Source: Vicugna vicugna (lineage: Eukaryota). From it: a stretch of 64,000 nt of DNA. The notes under the pieces were generated by a model. It was not told the origin of the DNA, did not search any database, and saw only the letters and a list, made by a program, of their open reading frames with translations. The position numbers and the translations under genes are program-made. Shown one piece after another: positions 12,901-25,055 of this stretch. The stretch is taken from NCBI GenBank assembly GCA_013265495.1, contig MU058584.1, positions 4,842,508 through 4,906,507 of the forward strand. Reading direction: 5' to 3'. Position 1 is the stretch's first letter, and each line of letters opens with the position of its first letter.

Positions 12901-14309
12901 ACAGACAGACTGGGACAAATTGAGTGAGCGATAGGATTTTGTTATGTTGTCTCCAGCCTTAACTTTCTGCACCATTTTTCTTCTGATCTTTTTGCCCTCT
13001 GACTCCTTCCACCCCCAGGCACCTGGGATACACAGACTCTTTTCGTTGGTTGGCTTCTTCCATTTCTCCCTCCCCTCCCCCTCCAGAAAAAGTTATTGTC
13101 CAGAATTTGAGAAGGATCAACTCAACGAGTTAACAAATCAACAGATCACTCCTTAGAGATTAGCCATCTGAATTTAAAGAGAACTTTAAACACAAACAAA
13201 CAAAACTCCCATGTCTGTCAATTTCTCTGTAGCACATTGGAATCTTCCCCTTTAATTCCCTTTTTCCTTTTCTCCAAACTAGACATGCTAAGCTTTCCCT
13301 TGGGTTGCTCTTCTGCTAAGAAATTAAGACCCTCTGAGAAGGGAGAGTGAGGTTATGACCATGTCAACTTCAGGGATCTGAGAGAGAAAGGTAAGACCAA
13401 TGTAAGCTTTCCTGGCATTAGACAGAAGCATTAATTGTATGGAAAGAATAAATATTTGGAAAGCACAGTAATTTCAAAGCATTACTTTGTTTCGGTCTGG
13501 GAGGAGAACATTAAGATGAAAAACTGCAGATTAAAAAATGAAAATAGCAAACGCTAATAATGACAATCTTTATAAGAAAACACTGAAGACAGTGTGAGTA
13601 CCCTCCATAACCGTGGTATCTTTGCATCCTTTTTTCAGTTTATTGAGAATATATCATCACTCCGATTCTTGGAGTGTCGCAGGATGGTGTTAGCCATAGA
13701 GTATGAGTTTCCCCCTTAGAATTGTGATTAAAGTTCAAAGCTGAGCACAAAAGGCATTAAGCCCGTATATTCTAAGTTCAGAGGACCGTGGTGAGTTACT
13801 GAGGCAGTCATGTCTTCAGGGGGACAGTGTCACTGCATCTCCATGTAGAAGAGGACTGGGGAGAGAGGATGAGGCCTCCTTTCAGAGGAGAGCAGTGCTT
13901 ATGATAAGAAACAGGTCCCTTCCCTCCTCGTCCCCTTCTCTCCAATGGGAAGGTGTTTCCTACCTCCCCCACATCATGGGAGGATGCCCCGAGGGAACTA
14001 CCTGTATTGAGAAAGGCCAAGTCAGATCCTTTTTAATGTAAGTTTCAAAGCCATTGGGCCATCTGATTTCCGGTGGCTGTTGGAGTATAGAGAAAGTGTC
14101 AGAAAGAAATACTAGAGAGAGGGAAAGAATATAAACAGTGGACTAGAATACCCTTCAGAATAGGAATAGTGAGCTGGAACAGCAGTATGATAAGAATACT
14201 GTTGTTAGCATTAGATTTGACTGTAGGTGGCAGAAAGTAAAAATGTAACAAGTTAAGTGTTTATTTCTTTCTCTCATATAATAAAGTACATAACTCTGGG
14301 CAACTTAAA

Positions 14310-16605
14310 GGACTTCCAGTTATGGTAATAATAGAGTAGATAATATGGACCAGCCATCACTTCTAAAGGCAATTAAAAAACACTGGGGAAAAAAAGCCTC
14401 TCTTTAAAATCATCTAAGAGCTAACAAGATAGTGAGCAAGCCAGGCTACAACCCAGAAAGGTGAATGAGGAACGCCAGGCCACTTTTGCCCTGAGGATAC
14501 TTTTCACCTTCAAAGGAGAGCAGAGGGACTGAGCTGTACTTTTGGTGGCTTCTAAAGTGAGTGAAAAAGAGAGGAATCTGTGTACTCTAGTGAATCATCC
14601 CTGGTTCATGCTGGGATCCCCAAAAGGCTACACCTTAGGAATAGAGATAAGCCAGGAGTTTATTTCTTTGTGCAAAGAGTATTGCAGTGTTTTGGGTCAT
14701 ATAATGTCCCAGGAATCCAAAAGCCTTCAACCTATATTAGAATGGTCTTCTAATGTTTCTGGTGATAAACAGAAGCAAACAAAAATGCTCCAAGAAGATA
14801 ACACCATGTTTGTTCTCAAACTATTTTGGCAGATAATTTTTTTTTCAAATAAAATTTCTAGTACACAAGCAAAGATAAGGTAGTACATGGGAAGACACCA
14901 CAAACAAGGATCAACAGCAATAAAAGACCCCGAGGCGGGCCTATGAGTGATGTAGATACTGAAATTATTGGACATAGATTGTAAAACAACTATTTACTCT
15001 GGAAACATAAGGATTTTATTCCAAGGAAATAATTTTGCAGAAATTTCAGCAAAAAACCTGAAAATTCTAAAAAGAGACATGTTAGAGATGAAAAGAGTAT
15101 CAAGTAAAATTCCTAGAATGAAAAAATACGATAAGCAAAGTAAAGGGCTCAGATGAAATGAACAATTAGATACAGTTGAAAAGAGAATTAGTAAATTGAA
15201 GATTATTAGAAGAACCTTCCAGAATGAAATATGGAGAGACAAAGGGATGAAAAGCGTTAGAGAGAGGGTAAGAGACACAGAGAGTACAGTGAGAAGGTAG
15301 GACAATCATTTAACTTGAGTCTTGGAAAGAGGGGAGGCAAATAGTGCATTTATCAAATTTTCTAATATAACAGAAGTGATCTTTGAAGAGAGAGTGACTG
15401 AGAATTTTTCAAAACTGGTGGAAGACATCCATCCTTTAAAAAAACCCAATACATTAGAAACAGAATATGTAAAAAGAAATCATGTGCAGACATATCATAG
15501 TAAGAAAGACCAAGGAAATACTTTGAATTACCCTGAAAAAAGCAAGTTAGGTCAACAGCTAACTTCCCAACTGCAACAGTGGGAGCCCCAGTGCAGAGGA
15601 CTGGTATCTCCAAAATGCTGCAAGAAGACAACCAACATATCCAGGGAGAAGAGAGACATTTTCAGACAAAATGAAACTGAGAGAATTTGTCATTAGCCGA
15701 TTAGCAGTAAAGGAAACACTAAGGGGTAAACCTCAGGCAGAAGGAACTTGATGTCAGAGGAAAGACTGGAGATGCAGGAAGAATTTAAGATGAATAAAAA
15801 TGTTAATATGTGGGTATATGGAAATGAATATTGATATATAAAGCAATCATCATCATCATATGTTTTTGAATTGAAAAATGTATACAAAATTAAACACAGG
15901 ACAGCAGTAGCATACAAGTATGTGTGAGATAAGGGTTAGAGAATGAAGTTAAAATGTTTCAAAGTCTTTGCATTGTCTAGGATGAGGGTAAGGGTAATTA
16001 GTTAAGAATTCAAAAAAGTTGAATAGCACATTGAGCAAACCTTAGTCGGGGTCATTTATAGAACAATTTCTTAGAAATCAGAATAGAGTTATTTTCAAGT
16101 GCACAAAGAGTATTTATAAAAATTCACCTTCTAATGGGTTGGAAAGGGAAGCCAACATTGTCAAGGAATTGTATTTGTATAAAATCCGCCATGATACAAT
16201 TTTGCTACAAATAAATATGAGAACAAGAACTAGAATATGCCTACATATTTGGAAACTAAAAAATACACTTCTAAATTACCCACAAGACGATGAAGCATTG
16301 GAAATTAGAAGATAGATTGAATGGTAATAAAAATAATAACATTTGATTATTTGTGAGATGTAGCTAAAGCAGTATCTAGAGAAACATTTATATTCCTACA
16401 TTCAAGAATGTAGGAAAATCTAGCTAAATTACTCCCCTCCCCCTCAATAGAAGAAAATAAATTATGCTGGTAATAGAAAATATATCAATAGAAGGAATAA
16501 GCAACAAGCTAAAAGTTGATTCTTTGAAGACTAAAAAAATTCATATAACTTTGGCAAGAATGGTCAAGAAAATAAAGAACACAAAAATAAAAAAAAAAAA
16601 GAAGA
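14310..16605 (+). mobile_element. ancient L1M (5' UTR, decayed ORF1, start of ORF2)
   Basis: A-rich sense strand; ORF1 hallmarks 'ttagatacagttgaaaagagaattagtaaattgaag', 'gactgagaatttttcaaaactg', 'gagagaatttgtcattag'; ORF2 pieces 'ttttcaagtgcaca', 'gatgtagctaaagcagta'. Confidence 0.8.
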
Positions 16606-17032
16606 CATCACTGGGTACCTCCAGAAGCAGATGCCAAGGTGGGGTGAAATAGGCCAGAATTTTATTAGAGGAAATGTCTGTGAGAAAAAATGAGGAAGAA
16701 GCCAGAAAGTCTAGGAGAACTGTCAAATCCAAATGCAACTCTCTGACTCCCAGTGAAGGGAAGAGGGAGAGAAAGCTGGATGGAAAACTCTTAGACTGCC
16801 GTGAGTCTAAGGAATATTCCAGAAGGCCTTTGAGAGTCCTTGAGCCAAAGCTGGCCTTCAGAGGGTCCCCGCACCTCCCAGGAGTGGGTATATCTTAGCG
16901 TCTCTGCTGCACTCAGCCGTGGCGGGGGGCAGCCGGGGGCAAGTATGCCCTCCATGCACAGCTGCTGGGTTGGTTGTCAGTTTTGCTCCCTACAGTTGGA
17001 AGTTTTCAAGGCGCGTGCTCAAGGCTGCCATA
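16606..17032 (-). mobile_element. LTR16A-like ERVL LTR
   Basis: 'ccagaagcagatgccaag...tttattagaggaaatgtctgtgag...gaagggaagagggagag', ending 'ggctgcca(t)a' (reverse of the TGTGGCAGCC start). Confidence 0.7.
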
Positions 17033-17789
17033 TAAAGTTCAAGGATTGTCGTACTAGACCACAGAGAGATGTGAATTTTACCCCAGTAGGTGCTAACTGT
17101 GAGTTTAACAAAAACCAATTAAAATCATGTGGGAAAAATATTCACACTACGTAGACCTGACCTCAAAGGAAGAAGGCAAAAGTAGTTAAAGGACAAAAGG
17201 GTTCCAGGCAAGGTATTTGAAGCTGTTATTCTGACTGTGAATGGTACCCTTAATCCCATTATGTTCCATATTCTCCATCCTTTACTCTTTCCATTCACTC
17301 TCTAAGATATTCCTAGAAATTCCAAATATTTTATCTTCACTCATAAGTTACAATTTTTCACACTGCCCCTAAAGTCCAGCTTATACATCTTCTCTTGTGG
17401 AGAAGGGTAGGATGGAAAAAGAATAAACCAAATGTGCCTTCTGATAGCCACAATCTTTTTCTGTATCTCTGAGTCAGTGATGACCTGGGATGGCGTTTGG
17501 TATACTAGAGAGACCACTGGACTCTGAGTCAAGAAACCTGAGTCCTGGTCATTGCTTTGCCCGTCTGTTGCTGCATCTTTCCGACAGTTAGCTTCCCCCT
17601 CCAGCCTTAATGCCCTCAGCTGCAGAATGAGGCAACATAGTCTCCAATTTTCTTCAAAGGATCGATATTTCTATAATCTTCGCTATTTTAATGCAAGGTC
17701 GGTATGGGAGAAGCAGTGGGCTAGAAATCAAACATCCTCAAGCTTTGCTAAAAGTTTCTTTTTTTTCCTACTTCAAATTGCGTTTTTAA

Positions 17790-17960
17790 AACCTTGAATT
17801 GTAATTGCTTATTTACATGTCTGCCTCTAGCACTAGACTGAGTTTCTGGAGATCAGGGTTCATCTGTCTCTCATCTGTGTTCCCCCAGCACCGTACACAA
17901 TGCCCCCCACACAGCTAGGGTGTGGTGAACGTTGCTTGAGTTGGTTAAAGAAACAATGAC
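17790..17960 (+). mobile_element. L2 3' end
   Basis: 'tgtaattgcttatttacatgtctg...cactagactgagtttctggag...tcccccagcac'. Confidence 0.7.
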
Positions 17961-17994
17961 TTAGTGGCTGGATGTGGTTGGCACTGGGGGAGGT

Positions 17995-18215
17995 GATAGG
18001 ACGGAGTGGCGAAAGCATGAGCTCGACGTGCATGAGTTCAAATCCAGCTCGTGCCACATGTCGGTTATGGACCTTGGACAAATTACTCCTTGAGCCTCAA
18101 TTTCCTCATGTTAAAATGAATATAGTCATTCCTACCTGGCAAGGTTCCTGTGAAAACTGAGTGGGATAACTCCTATTGTGTGCCTCTCAGAACTTCTGGC
18201 ACATGGTGGATGCAC
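17995..18215 (+). mobile_element. MIR SINE
   Basis: 'gagttcaaatccagctc...gaccttggacaaattact..tgagcctcaatttcctcat..taaaatg'. Confidence 0.8.
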
Positions 18216-18925
18216 CTTTCCAGGCTGTGTGCCCTGCGGCCACCATGCTACCGGCTAGAAAGAAGCGAAGGCTGGGGAGATTAGCAATTTGACTGATAGT
18301 CCACAACACAATATTTCAGAATATTTTGGTCTGCATTTTATAGAAAATATCTTAATTTTCGACTCCATTTTACCACTGACCTCAAATCTAAGTAGTCTTC
18401 TCAGGGGCAGTAGTGTCAGATCTTTTCCTGCTGTGACAAATAGGCAATTTTCTAAAGAGCTTTCAATGTCTGCGTGGAAAGGCGCAATGCAGCGTTCTGC
18501 TGCCGTGTTTCTGCAGACTTGCTGTGGGGGCCTCTCAGATACCCTGGGGCTGGCTTGATGAGGTCACTGTTTAGCATATTAATACTCTTGGCAGAGAGAG
18601 GGCCATCAGGGTTGTCACTGTCTTTTTTTCCTTGAACCTGATTCAGTCAATAAACTCCTGAAGAGGAAGTGAAGCAGTTTTTCCTCCTTGGGACTTCGGT
18701 AGTTTAGAAAAGCACCAAGTTAGGGCAGTAGTGGTACCTGCTCCTCTCCGTGATCTAGCTGGTCTGGATGGCCAGGGGCAAGGTGTGTGGGGGTCTAAGG
18801 TAACTGCCACTGTGACCTGCTTGCTTCTGTCTGCAGGAGCAGAAAAACAAGAAGCAGGTCATTCTGAAGGAAAATGCATTCAGATTTACTAACCTGGGAT
18901 TTTCTGATTTAAGACTGATACCACT

Positions 18926-19421
18926 TGTGAATGAAAAATACTGCAAACCACATCAGTAAACAAAGAATGCTGAAACCATCAAGTCATCAGCGGCTGCCAC
19001 CGCCCCCCAGTGAAGACAAGCTTGCAGCCCGGCCTCTGCAGCCACTCACACTGGTGCACCCTGAGGGGACTCAGAATAAGAAAGAACAGGATACTGGCCC
19101 TAGATAGCTAGGTGCCTGTCAAAGAGATGAATTCAATGGGCCCAAATGTTTGCTTCTTCCCATACATAGAAAAGCACTCAGTTCTTTAACTTGAATTTTT
19201 CTTTAGGTAACGAGTAATCTTTTATTGTTCCGACTACCTGGTCTTTGTTGTAAAGCTCCTATATATCCTAGCTCCTATATATCCCCTCCTCTTCGGATCA
19301 GTCCCTCAGAGCCATCTGAGAGGCTGTCACGCCAGGCTCGAAGGGGTTCGAGTCCTCAGAAATGTCCGCCAAATAAAACTTAACTCTCAACTTTTAGGTT
19401 GTGCGTTTATTTTAGTCAACA
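18926..19421 (+). mobile_element. ERV1-class solo LTR (copy A)
   Basis: TG...CA termini, 4-bp TSD CACT/CATT, TATA-like tatata, AATAAA at 19372; homologous to 20598-21079. Confidence 0.9.
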
Positions 19422-19634
19422 CATTTGATATTGAGGTTAATAAGCCAACAACAAAAAAATCTATCTCTAATCTTCAGGAATGTCATTCTGGTTGAATTTA
19501 TGTGTATGTATGTATGTATTTATTGTAATTAAAAGTTTCCTCTGAAAGGAATAAAATTGTATTATACAAGTAAACAGTTATTACCAGTCGTCTTGTTCTC
19601 CTAATGTCATAATTAAATGTTACACAATAATTAT

Positions 19635-19860
19635 AATAGTAGTTATCCTTATTGAATACTTCCTGTATAATACCATGCAAAGTACTTAACATATATAATC
19701 TCTTTTTATTTTACTTTTTTTTTTTTCCCCTAAGGAGGCACTGGGGATTGAACCAATCTCTCTATTTTTAAAACAATCCTGTAAGGAAAGAATTACTTAA
19801 CCCTGTTTTACTGCTGAAGACTCTGAGGCTCAATTAGGAAATGACATGCCTTCAGTTTCA
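19635..19860 (-). mobile_element. MIR SINE interrupted by a truncated camelid SINE
   Basis: 'tattgaatacttcctgt...aacaatcctgtaagg...ctgaggctca...atgacatgcc'. Confidence 0.65.
19708..19754 (-). mobile_element. 5'-truncated vic-1-type SINE
   Basis: poly(T) + 'ggaggcactggggattgaacc' (reverse of the SINE B-box region at about 43807), flanked by AATCTCT repeats. Confidence 0.75.
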
Positions 19861-20597
19861 CTCTGTCTTTCCTTTAATACTCTGCTTACCTTACATTGAC
19901 AGCTGCTTTCTGAACCCTTGTGTCTGTATTTTTAGGCTTTTCAGTCTCGTTCCTCGAGGTTATATCAAATATGATCTGAGCTGGGAGCTCAGCACGCGAG
20001 CTTTGATGTATGGGCTACAGTCCATGAACATTGGGTGTTCAGGGACCTTTTCATCTGGCTTAGACTCTAGGTTATTGAGAACGCCAGGGAACTGGCTCTC
20101 AGAAAGGAGCTGTGATCCTGTGTTATTTTGTAAAATTGTTGGAGGTGGTACAGGCTCAAGATAGAAATTTTTTTTAAGAAAGTATTTAGATGTGTTTATC
20201 CAAGAGGTTTTACTATGAACATCAGGACTAAGGTTCATATGACTGGCACCTCTTCTTTTGTCCATGGGTCCTGCTTCTACCTGGGCACGTGTTCTTCAGT
20301 CCCAGTCAGTGGGTATCTTTCCCTAGGTAATGTGTGCTGCTGTCCATTCTGCTCTCCCGGCACCCCTGTCTCCAAGTGGGGATGAGGTGGGTGAGGGAGG
20401 GAGAAGAGGCAGCCTCATGTCTGTGGACCTGGTTTCTCTCCTTGCCTCTGCCATCAGCCAACTGCGAGACTTTGCGGAAGTCAATTACTCTCTCAAGTTT
20501 CCTTACTTGTAAAATGATGGCATTGGACCTACAGATCTCCTGAGAGGCAATTTTAACAGAAAATTAAGATGTTTAAAATGGAGAAAACCATCGAGCT

Positions 20598-21079
20598 TGT
20601 CGACTGAAATAAATGTGCAGCCTAAAAGTTGAGAGTTTTGTTTTATTTGGCTGGAGGACTCGAGCTGGGATGACAGCCTCGCAGATCGCTCTGAGGGACT
20701 GCTCCGAAGAGGTAGGGGAGGAGCTAGGTTATAGGGGAGCTTTAGGACAAAGACCAGGTAGTCGGAACAATAAAAGATTACTTGTAAACAAAAGAAAACC
20801 AGGCATCTCAAGAAGTTAAAGAACTTAGTGCCTTTCTACGTATGGGAGGAAGCAAACATTTGGGTCATTGAACTCATTCCTTTGACAAGCACCTAGCTAT
20901 CTAGGGCCAGTATCCTGTCCTTTCTTATTCTGAGCCCCCTCAGGATGCACCATTGTGAGTGGCTGCAGAGGCTGGGCTGCAGGCTTGTCTTCACTTGGGG
21001 GTGGTGGCAGCCACTGATGGCTTGATGGTTCCAGCATTCTTTGTTTACTGATACAGGTTTGCAGTAATTTTGGTTGACA
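20598..21079 (-). mobile_element. ERV1-class solo LTR (copy B, same family as A)
   Basis: TG...CA termini, perfect 4-bp TSD AGCT (20594-20597 / 21080-21083); reverse complement aligns with 18926-19421. Confidence 0.92.
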
Positions 21080-21699
21080 AGCTCTAGCAGGAAATATCCT
21101 ACTGGTGCCAACGACAGACTATTGGATTAAGGGCATAACTGAAACATTGCAGTAATTTCTATGTTTATATCTTCTGAATATTGCTGCCTTCCCCTCAGAT
21201 GTTGGAGTATATCTTCATTTTTCAGATGAGAGAGCAGAGACAGATTTGACTGTTAGCTAGCCATGGGCAATTACTTATTGCTGATTGCTTAATTTGCTAG
21301 GCAGATACATTACTGATGGGTGACAGCTGCTGTCACGGTGCCTGGGAATAGTCAGCAGCAAAATGGAGAGACCCATCCTCCTTTGCTTTATTAACAGAGG
21401 GAGTCAGCCCCTGCAAAGGCTCGAGTAGCTCCCAATGGTTTTTGTTAAATTGGTAGAAAAGTTGGACTGCAGATTAATTTCAGCATGTTTTTTCTCTGAC
21501 ACTTCTCATTTAAAAAGTGCTAAAACTCTAAAATGAACAAAAAAATAAAAATGTTTGCTTTATTCAAGGGGAAAATTGCCTCTTTGCAAAAATGTTTTCT
21601 AAGGAATATTGACTTCTTGACTTGATTGAGATATGTGTCTAGCATGACTTCCCTCACCAACCCTACTTCCCTTCTTCCTCCCAAGTATGTTTACTTTGA

Positions 21700-21770
21700 G
21701 CCTCCCTCCCTCTTTCCTTCCTTCCTTCCTCCCTCCCTCCCTCTCTTCTCTCTCTCTCTTTCTTCTTTGA
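21700..21770. repeat. CT-rich simple repeat
   Basis: (CCCT)/(CCTT)/(CT) runs. Confidence 0.85.
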
Positions 21771-21860
21771 CATAAGACAGCTTTCCTCCTTTCTAAGTAT
21801 CAACCCTTCTACCTATACTCTGAAATTATTTTTCGGATTTAAAAGTGAGACATATCCATT

Positions 21861-22257
21861 TGAGGTGGGAAGCCCCATGAAAAGACCAGCAGGACCCACA
21901 GGCAGGGCCACTACTTTCCTGCTGGCACCATCCGGTACCCTGGCCCGGCGGCATTATCTCTCTTTTGTGCTTCAGTAAAATGGCTTGCTTCTAGGAAACT
22001 GAAACTTACCCCTAAGATTCTATTGGTTTCCAAAGCTCACTCCTGATTGGTCCATTTCTAACACCTAATTTGCATATGACACGAGAATGGAAACCTTAAA
22101 CTCTATAAAAGCCTGTGTAAACCTACAAATGGGGTCCAGAGCTTGGAGTGTTGACTCCCCTGGGCCCGCTGGCATAATAAACCTGAGTTCTCCAACCCTC
22201 CAAGTGTTGCTTGGTCTCTCGCCAGGATTCAGGTTGCTGTCACACTTTGCTGTAACA
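21861..22257 (+). mobile_element. ERV solo LTR (ERV1-like, different family from A/B)
   Basis: TG...CA termini, perfect TSD CATT (21857-21860 / 22258-22261), ATTGG x2, TATAAAA 22104, AATAAA 22176. Confidence 0.9.
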
Positions 22258-22261
22258 CATT

Positions 22262-22565
22262 GTGGAGAATTTGGAAACTATTCAGAGGTGAAAGAAGAAA
22301 ATCAAATCACTCAAAATAGATAGCTGCTATTAACATTTTCAGGTCTTTATGATTTTTCTTTTAGGCATACTTTAAAAAAGTAATGAAGTTCAGATTCTAC
22401 TGTTTATTAGTTTGAATATAACTTTTAAAAATTAATATTGTATCAAGAGCATTTTCCATGTGGTTCAGTATTTTTGAGAACCTCACTTTAATGATTGTAT
22501 TACATTTTATTATGTGATTGCACTATAATATATGGTCATTCTTCTATCATCTGGCATTTAGATTT
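22262..22565 (-). mobile_element. old L1ME-like 3' fragment
   Basis: 'aaagaagaaaatcaaatcac...gctattaacatttt...agcattttccatgt...tttaatgattgtatt'. Confidence 0.55.
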
Positions 22566-23607
22566 GTCATCTGTACTCTTGACCCTATTCTTTCTCAGCT
22601 TCCCTGAAATTTTACCCCATACTCATGCCCCCTCTCTTCCATGATTCCTGTCGCTTTGTCGATTGGCGCCTTTCCCTGTGCCTTCAGACACCTGCAGAAA
22701 TGCAAATGCATCTTTACTCTTATCTCTAATGGACTGTGTCTAGTGCCCTTTCTGAACTTTGGTATTTTCGTATTTTGGGATTTTTCTCCAATTCAGTATC
22801 TTTCCCTTTTATATATTACAGATAATCTAAAGCAGAGCCGTGAGCATGCCATTTCTGCCAGTGATCAGGTCCCAGCCTCATTCACCCTCCACGTATGCCC
22901 ATGATCTAATTCTGCTTGTACTGCACTTGCGCACCCAGCCATTCTGTTCATGATCTCCCTTCTGGTTTTCCATCATTGACAGGCTTGATAATCATTCACC
23001 TAAGCCACTGATGAGAATGTCAAACCTCAGTCCTGCAGCCCAATACTAGAGAATTACTACCAAGATGACACCAGTCCATTCATCAATATCCTTTAAGCAA
23101 AGATTATTTTACCAATTGTTTATGCAGAAAATTGCTTCACATTGTAGACTGTATTTCTCTGTTCTGCCTGCTGGGATATTATTAAAGTTGATAGTTTGGA
23201 GTAGATCAGACGTGCTGCATCTCCACATTTCCTTGATCAGAGTGTCCTCTCAAAGGGAAAGAAAGAAGATGAAATTGTCAGGTCCTGATCTTCACGACCT
23301 GGTGTTGACACTTGGGGATCACTGCTGTCTTTTCCAGCAACTCTTAAGGCTTCTTCAAGAGCCACTCCAAACCTGTGAATTTTTCTTTCTCTCATTTTGA
23401 AAAATTAAATCTGTATTGATTGTTTGATGATATCCATAAAGAGACAAATGGAGGGGCCAGACCATGTGCCTGGGGTGGACCTGAACTGGGTATGTGGTCT
23501 TCGCAGGCATTTGCTCTGTGGAAGACCTACTTATCCTGCCTTCCCTCTCTTCCATGGGCCCCACCTAAGGTCCACTGCCCTCTCTAGTCACTCATTGACA
23601 TAGTAGA

Positions 23608-24245
23608 TGTGATAGGGGGAATAATGGCCTTCTAAAGATCTGTATGTTCGGTCCTTGGAACTTTTGAATATGTTACTTTACAGGGTAAAAGGACTTTACA
23701 TATATGATTATGTTAAGATTTGAGATGGGGAGATTATACTGAATTATTGAGGTGGGCACAATGGAATTACGTTGGTTTTTAAGAGAGTCAGAGAAGGATT
23801 TGCAGATGCTCTGCTGATGGCTTTGAAGAGAGAGGAAGGAATGATAAGTCAAGGATGCAGGCAGCATCTAGAAGCTGGAAAAAGCAGGGTACAGACTCTC
23901 TCCTAGAGCTTCTAGAAAGAACACAGCCCTGACAATACCTTGATTTTATACCAGCCATTTCAGACTTCTGATATTCAGAACTGTTAGACAATAAATTTGT
24001 TTTTAAAAAAATTTGAATTTATTCATTTAATTTTTTTTATTGATTTTTTTGCGTGGGGGTAGATCATTAGGTTTATTTACTTCTTTATTTCTTAAGTGGA
24101 GGTACTGGGAATTGAACCCAGGACCTTATGTGTGTTAACCACGCCACTCTACCACTGAGCTATATATCCTCCCCACCAAATCTGTCTTGTTTCAATCCAC
24201 CAAGTTTGTGATAAATTGTTACAGCAGCAACAGGAAAGTAATACA
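23608..24245 (+). mobile_element. MLT1 (MLT1D-like) MaLR LTR, interrupted by a SINE
   Basis: start 'tgtgataggggg-aataatggcc', 'gagatggggagattat', end 'gttacagcagcaacaggaaagtaataca'; 5-bp TSD GTAGA/GCAGA. Confidence 0.9.
24005..24174 (-). mobile_element. camelid tRNA-derived SINE (vic-1 type)
   Basis: reverse reads ggggaggatatatagctcagtggtagag...ggtcctgggttcaattcccagtacctcca plus an A-rich tail; homologous to 43755-43882. Confidence 0.88.
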
Positions 24246-24429
24246 GCAGATGATCAATAGGTATTTTAAATTCTCAAGGTTTGAAAAGAGCCTTTGTGAC
24301 TGTCTGCTCTAGATCCCTAATCTTGAATCCCTTTTTTGGTTACCCCTGTCAAAGGGGAAGCCTGCTGTGTATGTGTTATATGTGTTGCATTTGGGAAGAG
24401 GAGCACAATCAGGAGGAAATGGGAATGAG

Positions 24430-25055
24430 AAAACATTGTTTATTTACAATAGCTTTCTGGAGATGTAATTCATGCAATTCAACGGTTTTTAGTATATTCA
24501 CAGAGTTGCGCATCCATCACCCCAATCAATTTTAGATTGTTTTGTCACCTCATAAAAAACCCTCTACCCATTAGCCATCAGTCTCCATTCCTCTCTGTCC
24601 CCAACTCTTAGCAATCACTAATTTACTTTCTGTCTCAATGGACTTGCCCATTCTGATGATTTCATATGAATGGAATCATGCAATATATGGCCCTTTATGT
24701 CTGGCTTCTTTCGCATAGCATAATATTTCAAGGTCCATCTGTGTTGAAGCATGTATCAGTACTTCATCTCTTTTTAGTGCAGAATAATATTCCACTGTAT
24801 GGATAGACCGTATTTTGTTTACTTATTCAGTTGGTGGATATTGAGTTGTTTACCCTTTTGGATACTATAAATAGTACTGCTATGGACATTTGTGAACAAA
24901 TCTTTTGTGAACACTTGTTTTCATTTCTCTTGGGTAAATACCTAGGAGTGGAAATGCTAGGTCAAATGGTAACTCTATGTTTAACTGTTGAGGAACTGCC
25001 AGACTGTTTTCCAAAGCAGTTATATTATTATACATTCCTACCGGCAATGTATGAG
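24430..25055 (-). mobile_element. L1MB-type 3' fragment
   Basis: 'tagtatattcacagagttg', 'aatggaatcatgcaata'; ORF 24880-25317 contains the ORF2-like 'LENSLAVPQQLNIELPFDLAFPLLGIYPREMKT'. Confidence 0.88.

Noticed and set aside
18926..21079. A single provirus, or a DNA transposon with long TIRs
   Set aside because: The LTRs are inverted and each has its own distinct 4-bp TSD; the spacer holds MIR and unique DNA, not gag/pol or transposase.
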